A stretch of DNA of 43,839 nt from IMG/VR virus record IMGVR_UViG_2734482537_000014; one strand, 5' to 3'. Shown here one piece after another: positions 38,001 through 43,839 of the stretch. The position numbers and the translations under genes are program-made. This DNA comes from a virus (lineage: Duplodnaviria > Heunggongvirae > Uroviricota > Caudoviricetes). The notes under the pieces are model-generated. The model was not told the DNA's origin, did not search any database, and saw only the letters and a program-made list of their open reading frames with translations. How positions within the stretch are numbered: the stretch's first letter is position 1; every line of letters starts with the position of its first letter.

Positions 38001-38288
38001 GCTTTTGCAAAAGGGGCTGGTGTTTTTGGTGAGGCTGGACCGGAAGCCATTATGCCATTAACACGAACTTCCGATGGTTCTCTTGGTGTCAGAGCTATTA
38101 ATAGTAAAAGTGGTAATGGAGGCGGAGATATTACCTATGCCCCTGTATACCAAATCACTATTCAAAATGACGGCCAGAATGGAGAGATTGGCCCTCAGGC
38201 AATAAAAGCACTTATGGGGATGGTTGATCAGCGGGTGCAGGGCAATCTGTTAAATATGCGACGTGATGGGGGAATGTTAAGTGGCTAA
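35055..38288 (+). CDS. Tail tape measure protein, 1077 aa
   Basis: ORF 35055..38288 plus; long coiled-coil-rich N-terminal half, Gly-rich hydrophobic segment, position between GT and M. Confidence 0.85.
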   Translation: MAEQTSRLAIIIDSTGAKNNADNLTSSLVKMTQAGETAANSAGKVTKATEDEKNALAKLKAAIDPVGAAIDTVGRRYSELKKFFDKGLIDKEEYEFLVRKLNETTEELSGVAQAQREAEKAGKLAAAQQEAQAQAFQRMLDKIDPLAAALRNLEQQHDELNAAFASGKINGSQFENYSRKIQETRRELTGEAQAEREAAKAHDEQVVALQRLIAQLDPVGTAFNRLVEQQKQLNEAKAKGMLSPEMYEELSGKLRAMRSELEVTQSQLSKTGMSAKQTAFAMRMLPVQMTDIVVGLSTGQSPFMVLMQQGGQLKDMFGGIGPAIKGVGSYVLGLINPFTLAAAAVGVLGLAYYKGSQEQDEFNKSLILTGNQLGTTSGQLGDIAQRAGNAADSTTGAAAAVLNQLVRSGKVASSSLEQVTTAIVKTSEVTGISTEQLVNDFNEIAKDPVSAISKLNDQYHFLTLATYNQIKALQDEGNQQEAARIATEEYSSSMIQRTNQIKENLGYLETAWKAVADSAKWAWDSMLDIGREASLDQKISDVLRQIDEIEKNTRPGVFGLGGIGDGGAQNKRLARLKQQLGVLQAEKIAQDVLNSSINDYNKRQQEGIELRQRADAFSKQYQTREQQRASELAKLEKLKNQYSKEEYNNLIAQINERYKDPKQPKAKGYSDDAAQRMIDHLNQQNALLSSQAELTVKLSSSEQELVKWRQRIADLESRPSSKLTQDQKSLLLHREEITTLMEKNVAIEKNNRLIKESAEITAWRDSLQASIDNRQQGYDIQIAGYGVGDKNQQRQQELLRIEHGYNNQRLQLERDYADKSRGMSDHVFQEKMQALNDALEREKEIVRQKNEQLDIQAGDWVSGASQGFNNWLDDTKDISEQIKSTTTQMFDGMTDALGDFVTTGKANFRSFATSVISDLSRIALKASITGIFDSISNSSSGGILGTIGSAISKFIPNAKGGVYESPSLSTYSNGIYDSPQFFAFAKGAGVFGEAGPEAIMPLTRTSDGSLGVRAINSKSGNGGGDITYAPVYQITIQNDGQNGEIGPQAIKALMGMVDQRVQGNLLNMRRDGGMLSG

Positions 38289-38619
38289 TACGGAAGAATT
38301 TCACTGGTTACCAGAGGATGGAATGAAAACAGAAAATAAACCATCGATAAAAACTGTAAGATTTGGTGATGGTTATGAGCAACGAAGTCCAAATGGACTT
38401 AATCATTCTCTGCGCGTTTTCACCTGTGATTTCAAAGTTGAGGCGAATGAACGTGATTCATTTGAAAAATTTTTAGCCCGGCATGAAGGCTATAAATCTT
38501 TTTTTTGGCGCCCGCCGGGTATTAACAGAAAAATCAGAGTGGTGTGTCGAACGTGGTCAGCGACAGAACATATCACCTATACCGATTTTTCGTGTCAGTT
38601 TGACGAAGTGGTGATCTGA
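38281..38619 (+). CDS. M: Minor tail protein M (lambda gpM-like), 112 aa
   Basis: ORF 38281..38619 plus; ...[16 protein letters not shown]...[16 protein letters not shown]... similar to lambda M as recalled. Confidence 0.8.
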   Translation: MANTEEFHWLPEDGMKTENKPSIKTVRFGDGYEQRSPNGLNHSLRVFTCDFKVEANERDSFEKFLARHEGYKSFFWRPPGINRKIRVVCRTWSATEHITYTDFSCQFDEVVI

Positions 38620-39317
38620 TGCAGGACATACAACAGGAAACGCTGAATGAATGCATTCGTGCGGAGCAGTCGGCCAGCGTGGTGCTCTGGGAAATCGACC
38701 TGACCGAGGTAGGCGGGGATCGCTACTTTTTCTGCAATGAGCAGAACGAGAAAGGAGAGTCTGTCACCTGGCAGAGTCGGCAGTATCAGGCCTATCCCAT
38801 TCAGGGGAGTGGATTTGAGATGAACGGCAAAGGTGCCAGTGCAAGGCCAACGCTGAAAGTCTCTAATCTGCACGGCATGGTCACCGGGATGGCGGAAGAC
38901 CTGCAGAGTCTGGTCGGCGGAACGGTGGTCAGGCGTAAGGTTTACGCCCGTTTTCTGGATGCGGTGAACTTCGTCAACGGAAACAGTGACGCCGATCCGG
39001 AGCAGGAGGTGATCAGCCGCTGGCGTATTGAGCAGTGCAGCGAACTGAGCGCGGTCAGTGCCTCCTTTGTACTGTCCACGCCGACGGAAACGGACGGCGC
39101 TGTTTTTCCGGGGCGCATCATGCTTGCTAATACCTGCACCTGGACCTATCGCGGTGATGAGTGCGGTTATCACGGTCCGGCTGTCGCGGATGAATATGAC
39201 CAGCCAACGTCCGATATCACGAAGGATAAATGCAGCAAATGCCTGAGCGGTTGTAAGTTCCGCAATAACGTCGGCAACTTTGGCGGCTTCCTTTCCATTA
39301 ACAAACTTTCGCAGTAA
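38619..39317 (+). CDS. L: Minor tail protein L (lambda gpL-like), 232 aa
   Basis: ORF 38619..39317 plus; [33 protein letters not shown]... closely resembles lambda L as recalled. Confidence 0.85.
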   Translation: MQDIQQETLNECIRAEQSASVVLWEIDLTEVGGDRYFFCNEQNEKGESVTWQSRQYQAYPIQGSGFEMNGKGASARPTLKVSNLHGMVTGMAEDLQSLVGGTVVRRKVYARFLDAVNFVNGNSDADPEQEVISRWRIEQCSELSAVSASFVLSTPTETDGAVFPGRIMLANTCTWTYRGDECGYHGPAVADEYDQPTSDITKDKCSKCLSGCKFRNNVGNFGGFLSINKLSQ

Positions 39318-39322
39318 ATCCC

Positions 39323-40066
39323 ATGACACAGACAGAATCAGCGATTCTGGCGCACGCCCGGCGATGTGCGCCAGCGGAGTCGTGCGGCTTCGTGGTGAGA
39401 ACACCGGAGGGGGAAAGATATTTTCCCTGCGTGAATATTTCCGGTGAGCCGGAGGAGTATTTCCGGATGGCTCCGGAGGACTGGCTGCAGGCAGAGATGC
39501 AGGGTGAGATTGTGGCGCTGGTCCACAGCCACCCCGGTGGTCTGCCCTGGCTGAGTGAGGCCGACCGGCGGCTGCAGGTGCAGAGTGATTTGTCGTGGTG
39601 GCTGGTCTGCCGCGGGGCGATTCACAAGTTCCGCTGTGTGCCGCATCTCACCGGGCGGCGCTTTGAGCACGGGGTGACGGACTGTTACACGCTGTTCCGG
39701 GACGCTTACCATCTGGCGGGAATTGAGATGCCAGATTTTCATCGTGAGGACGACTGGTGGCGTAATGGTCAGAATCTCTATCTGGATAATCTGGAGGCTA
39801 CAGGGCTGTATCAGGTGCCGTTGTCAACGGCGCAGCCGGGCGATGTGCTGCTGTGCTGTTTTGGTTCATCGGTGCCGAATCATGCCGCCATTTACTGTGG
39901 TGACGGCGAGCTGCTGCACCATATTCCTGAACAACTGAGTAAACGAGAGAGGTACACCGACAAATGGCAGCGACGCACACACTCCCTCTGGCGTCACCGG
40001 GCATGGCACGCATCTGCCTTTACGGGGATTTGCAGCGATTTGGCCGCCGCATCGACCTTCGTGTGA
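39323..40066 (+). CDS. K: Tail assembly protein K (JAB/MPN plus NlpC/P60-like), 247 aa
   Basis: ORF 39323..40066 plus; HSHPGG...SEADR JAMM-type motif; lambda K-like. Confidence 0.8.
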   Translation: MTQTESAILAHARRCAPAESCGFVVRTPEGERYFPCVNISGEPEEYFRMAPEDWLQAEMQGEIVALVHSHPGGLPWLSEADRRLQVQSDLSWWLVCRGAIHKFRCVPHLTGRRFEHGVTDCYTLFRDAYHLAGIEMPDFHREDDWWRNGQNLYLDNLEATGLYQVPLSTAQPGDVLLCCFGSSVPNHAAIYCGDGELLHHIPEQLSKRERYTDKWQRRTHSLWRHRAWHASAFTGICSDLAAASTFV

Positions 40067-40611
40067 AAACGGGGGCCGAAGCCATCCGGGCACTGGCCAC
40101 ACAGCTCCCGGCATTTCGTCAGAAACTGAGCGACGGCTGGTATCAGGTGCGCATTGCCGGGCGTGATGCAGGCGAAAATGAATTATCTGCCCGTCTTAAT
40201 GAACCGCTGGCAAATGGTGCCGTGATCCACATCGTTCCGCGTCTGGCGGGTGCCAAAAGTGGCGGTGTGTTTCAGGCGGTGCTGGGTGCGGCGCTGATTG
40301 CGGTGGCATGGTGGAACCCTGTGGGCTGGCTGGGGGCCGCGGCTGTATCGGGTATGTATGCAGCAGGGGCCAGTATGATCCTGGGTGGTGTGGCGCAGAT
40401 GCTGGCACCGAAAGCCAGGACGCCCACGGCAGCCAGTACAGATAACGGCAAACAGAACACGTATTTCTCGTCACTGGATAACATGGTTGCCCAGGGTAAT
40501 GTTCTGCCTGTTCTGTACGGGGAAATGCGCGTGGGGTCACGTGTGGTTTCTCAGGAGATCAGCACGGCAGACGAAGGGGATGGTGGTCAGGTTGTGGTGA
40601 TTGGTCGCTGA
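39964..40611 (+). CDS. I: Tail assembly protein I (lambda gpI-like), 215 aa
   Basis: ORF 39964..40611 plus; overlaps the K 3' end; Gly/Ala-rich hydrophobic middle; C-terminal ...NVLPVLYGEMRVGSRVV... lambda I-like. Confidence 0.8.
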   Translation: MAATHTLPLASPGMARICLYGDLQRFGRRIDLRVKTGAEAIRALATQLPAFRQKLSDGWYQVRIAGRDAGENELSARLNEPLANGAVIHIVPRLAGAKSGGVFQAVLGAALIAVAWWNPVGWLGAAAVSGMYAAGASMILGGVAQMLAPKARTPTAASTDNGKQNTYFSSLDNMVAQGNVLPVLYGEMRVGSRVVSQEISTADEGDGGQVVVIGR

Positions 40612-40671
40612 TGCAAAATGTTTTATGAGAAACCGCCTGCGGGCGGTTTTGTCGTTTATGGAGCGTGAGGA

Positions 40672-43600
40672 ATGGGTAAAGGCAGCAGTAAGGGGCATAC
40701 CCCGCGCGAAGCGAAGGACAACCTGAAGTCCACGCAGCTGCTGAGTGTGATCGATGCCATCAGTGAAGGGCCGGTTGAAGGTCCGGTGGATGGATTAAAA
40801 AGCGTGCTGCTGAACAGTACGCCGGTGCTGGACAATGAGGGGAATACCAACATCTCCGGCGTCACGGTGGTGTTCCGGGCAGGTGAGCAGGAGCAGTCAC
40901 CGCCGGAGGGATTTGAATCCTCCGGCTCCGAGACGGTGCTGGGTACGGAAGTGAAATATGACACGCCGATCACCCGGACCATCACGTCGGCAAACATCGA
41001 CCGTCTGCGCTTTACCTTCGGTGTACAGGCACTGGTGGAAACCACCTCAAAGGGAGACAGGAATCCGTCGGAAGTCCGCCTGCTGGTTCAGATACAGCGT
41101 AACGGTGGCTGGGTGACGGAAAAAGACATCACCATTAAGGGCAAAACCACCTCGCAGTATCTGGTCTCGGTGGTGGTGGATAACCTGCCTCCGCGCCCGT
41201 TCAGTATCCGGATGCGCAGGATGACACCGGACAGCACCACAGACCAGCTGCAGAACAAAACGCTCTGGTCGTCATACACCGAAATCATCGATGTGAAACA
41301 GTGCTACCCGAACACTGCACTGGTCGGCGTACAGGTGGACTCGGAGCAGTTCGGCAGCCAGCAGGTGAGTCGTAATTATCATCTTCGCGGGCGCATTCTG
41401 CAGGTGCCGTCGAACTATAACCCGCAGACGCGACAATACAGCGGTATCTGGGACGGAACGTTAAAACCAGCATACAGCAACAACATGGCCTGGTGTCTGT
41501 GGGATATGCTGACCCACCCGCGCTACGGCATGGGGAAACGTCTTGGTGCGGCGGATGTGGACAAATGGGCGCTGTATGTCATCGGCCAGTACTGCGACCA
41601 GTCAGTGCCGGACGGCTTTGGCGGCACGGAGCCGCGCATCACCTGTAATGCGTACCTGACCACACAGCGCAAGGCGTGGGATGTGCTCAGTGATTTCTGC
41701 TCGGCGATGCGCTGTATGCCGGTATGGAACGGGCAGACGCTGACGTTCGTGCAGGACCGACCGTCGGATAAGGTGTGGACCTATAACCGCAGTAATGTGG
41801 TGATGCCGGATGATGGCGCGCCGTTCCGCTACAGCTTCAGCGCCCTGAAAGACCGCCATAATGCCGTTGAGGTGAACTGGATTGACCCGGATAACGGCTG
41901 GGAGACGGCGACAGAGCTTGTGGAGGATACGCAGGCCATTGCCCGTTACGGTCGTAACGTCACGAAGATGGATGCTTTTGGCTGTACCAGCCGGGGGCAG
42001 GCACACCGCGCCGGGCTGTGGCTGATTAAAACAGAACTGCTGGAAACGCAGACCGTGGACTTCAGCGTGGGCGCAGAAGGGCTTCGCCATGTGCCGGGCG
42101 ATGTCATTGAAATCTGTGATGATGACTATGCGGGTATCAGCATCGGCGGGCGCGTGCTGGCGGTAAACAGCCAGACCCGGACGCTGACGCTCGACCGTGA
42201 AATCACGCTGCCATCCTCCGGTACCATGCTGATAAGCCTGGTTGACGGAAGTGGCAATCCGGTCAGCGTGGAGGTTCAGTCCGTCACCGACGGCGTGAAG
42301 GTGAAAGTGAGCCGTGTTCCTGACGGCGTTGCTGAATACAGCGTGTGGGGGCTGAAGCTGCCGACGTTGCGCCAGCGCCTGTTCCGCTGTGTGAGTATCC
42401 GTGAGAACGATGACGGCACGTATGCCATCACTGCCGTGCAGCATGTACCGGAAAAAGAAGCCATCGTGGATAACGGGGCGCACTTTGACGGCGACCAGAG
42501 CGGCACGGTGAATGGTGTCACGCCGCCAGCGGTGCAGCACCTGACTGCCGAAGTCACCGCAGACAGCGGGGAATATCAGGTGCTGGCGCGCTGGGACACG
42601 CCGAAGGTGGTGAAGGGGGTGAGCTTTATGCTTCGCCTGACCGTGGCAGCGGATGACGGCAGTGAGCGGCTGGTCAGCACGGCCCGGACGACGGAAACCA
42701 CATACCGCTTCACGCAACTGGCGCTGGGACGGTACACGCTGACAGTCCGGGCGGTAAATGCCTGGGGACAGCAGGGCGATCCGGCGTCGGTATCGTTCAG
42801 GATTGCCGCACCGGTAGCACCGTCGCGGATTGAGCTGACGCCGGGCTATTTTCAGATAACTGCCACGCCGCATCTTGCGGTTTATGATCCGACGGTACAG
42901 TTTGAGTTCTGGTTCTCGGAAACGCGGATTACCGATATCAGGCAGGTTGAAACCACAGCCCGCTACCTTGGCGCGGGGCTGTACTGGATAGCCGCCAGTA
43001 TCAATATCAAACCGGGCCATGATTATTACTTTTATATCCGCAGTGTGAACACCGTTGGCAAATCGGCATTCGTGGAGGCCGTCGGTCGGGCGAGCGATGA
43101 TGCGGAAGGTTACCTGGATTTTTTCAAAGGCAAGATAACCGAATCCCATCTCGGTAAAGAGCTGCTGGAAAAAGTTGATCTGACGGAGGATAACGCCAGC
43201 AGACTGGATGAGTTTTCGAAAGAGTGGAAGGACGCTAACGATAAATGGAATGCGATGTGGGGCGTCAAAATTGAGCAGACCAAAGACGGCAAACATTATG
43301 TCGCGGGTATTGGCCTCAGCATGGAGGACACGGAGGAAGGCAAGCTGAGCCAGTTTCTGGTTGCCGCCAATCGTATCGCGTTTATTGACCCGGCAAACGG
43401 GAATGAAACGCCGATGTTTGTGGCGCAGGGCAACCAGATATTCATGAACGACGTGTTCCTGAAGCGCCTGACAGCCCCCGCCATTACCAGCGGTGGCAGT
43501 CCTCCGGTATTTTCCCTGACATCAGACGGAAAGCTGACCGCTAAAAATGCGGATATCAGTGGTAGTGTGAATGCGAACTCAGGAACGCTCAACAATGTCA

Positions 43601-43839
43601 CGATTAACCAGAACTGTACGATTAAGGGCATGCTGGAGGCGACCCAGGTCAGAGGGGATTTCGTTAAAGCTGTATCAAAAGCCTTCCCGAAAAAAGTCGG
43701 TACGTGGGGTAACACGGAAACACCAGACGGTACGGTTACAGTCACCATCAGCGATGATCATAACTTTGACCGCCAGATTATTATTCCGCCCATTATTTTT
43801 AACGGTATAGCGTATGACGATCCGGGGAGCGGAAATAAC
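40672..43839 (+). CDS. J: Host specificity / central tail fibre protein J (lambda gpJ-like), 3'-truncated by window end
   Basis: Absent from the ORF track because no stop lies in the window; ATG at 40672 after GAGCGTGAGGA gives [41 protein letters not shown]... and stays open for 1056 codons to position 43839. Minus-strand ORFs at 41602-43748 are antisense shadows of this gene. Confidence 0.85.
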   Translation, partial: MGKGSSKGHTPREAKDNLKSTQLLSVIDAISEGPVEGPVDGLKSVLLNSTPVLDNEGNTNISGVTVVFRAGEQEQSPPEGFESSGSETVLGTEVKYDTPITRTITSANIDRLRFTFGVQALVETTSKGDRNPSEVRLLVQIQRNGGWVTEKDITIKGKTTSQYLVSVVVDNLPPRPFSIRMRRMTPDSTTDQLQNKTLWSSYTEIIDVKQCYPNTALVGVQVDSEQFGSQQVSRNYHLRGRILQVPSNYNPQTRQYSGIWDGTLKPAYSNNMAWCLWDMLTHPRYGMGKRLGAADVDKWALYVIGQYCDQSVPDGFGGTEPRITCNAYLTTQRKAWDVLSDFCSAMRCMPVWNGQTLTFVQDRPSDKVWTYNRSNVVMPDDGAPFRYSFSALKDRHNAVEVNWIDPDNGWETATELVEDTQAIARYGRNVTKMDAFGCTSRGQAHRAGLWLIKTELLETQTVDFSVGAEGLRHVPGDVIEICDDDYAGISIGGRVLAVNSQTRTLTLDREITLPSSGTMLISLVDGSGNPVSVEVQSVTDGVKVKVSRVPDGVAEYSVWGLKLPTLRQRLFRCVSIRENDDGTYAITAVQHVPEKEAIVDNGAHFDGDQSGTVNGVTPPAVQHLTAEVTADSGEYQVLARWDTPKVVKGVSFMLRLTVAADDGSERLVSTARTTETTYRFTQLALGRYTLTVRAVNAWGQQGDPASVSFRIAAPVAPSRIELTPGYFQITATPHLAVYDPTVQFEFWFSETRITDIRQVETTARYLGAGLYWIAASINIKPGHDYYFYIRSVNTVGKSAFVEAVGRASDDAEGYLDFFKGKITESHLGKELLEKVDLTEDNASRLDEFSKEWKDANDKWNAMWGVKIEQTKDGKHYVAGIGLSMEDTEEGKLSQFLVAANRIAFIDPANGNETPMFVAQGNQIFMNDVFLKRLTAPAITSGGSPPVFSLTSDGKLTAKNADISGSVNANSGTLNNVTINQNCTIKGMLEATQVRGDFVKAVSKAFPKKVGTWGNTETPDGTVTVTISDDHNFDRQIIIPPIIFNGIAYDDPGSGNN

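Noticed and set aside
41602-43748. Long minus-strand ORFs (564 aa and 150 aa) in the right end of the window
   Set aside because: They lie antisense to the open plus-strand J frame (40672 to window end), which has a lambda J-like product; the track omitted J only because it has no stop in the window. These are GC-rich shadow ORFs.
1-43839. CRISPR arrays, IS elements or transposase genes
   Set aside because: No regularly spaced direct repeats with unique spacers and no transposase-like ORF or terminal inverted repeats were seen; the only repeat clusters are the short motifs reported above.

Overview
This window is the left arm and structural region of a lambdoid, Rac-type prophage (Escherichia-like), running from the integrase stop codon at positions 1-3 to a central tail fibre gene (J) that runs off the right edge. 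Order: int, xis, ydaC, ralR (interrupted by an in-frame TGA), recT, recE, racC, ydaE, kilR on the minus strand; sieB; ydaF and ydaG; an HTH repressor divergent from a cro-like gene, then ydaT, ydaU, ydaV, ydaW; an AT-rich accessory island; nin-like genes and a Q-like antiterminator; two tandem lipoprotein genes; a pinholin / SAR-endolysin / Rz / Rz1 lysis cassette with a 93-N gap inside Rz; trkG; a ParB-like gene and an unknown gene; then terS, terL, portal, head morphogenesis, scaffold, capsid, connector genes, major tail, G/GT with a -1 frameshift site, tape measure, M, L, K, I and partial J. The strongest candidate for a new system is the AT-rich two-gene cassette at 11897-13936 (HEPN-like motif in one protein, GNAT-like motif in the other), sitting between the replication module and the nin/Q region. 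The second is the pair of TolA-domain-III-like lipoproteins at 18182-19156 in the Q-to-holin slot. No rRNA, tRNA, CRISPR array or transposase was seen. All protein identifications rest on reading the ORF translations and recalled family knowledge; no database search was run.
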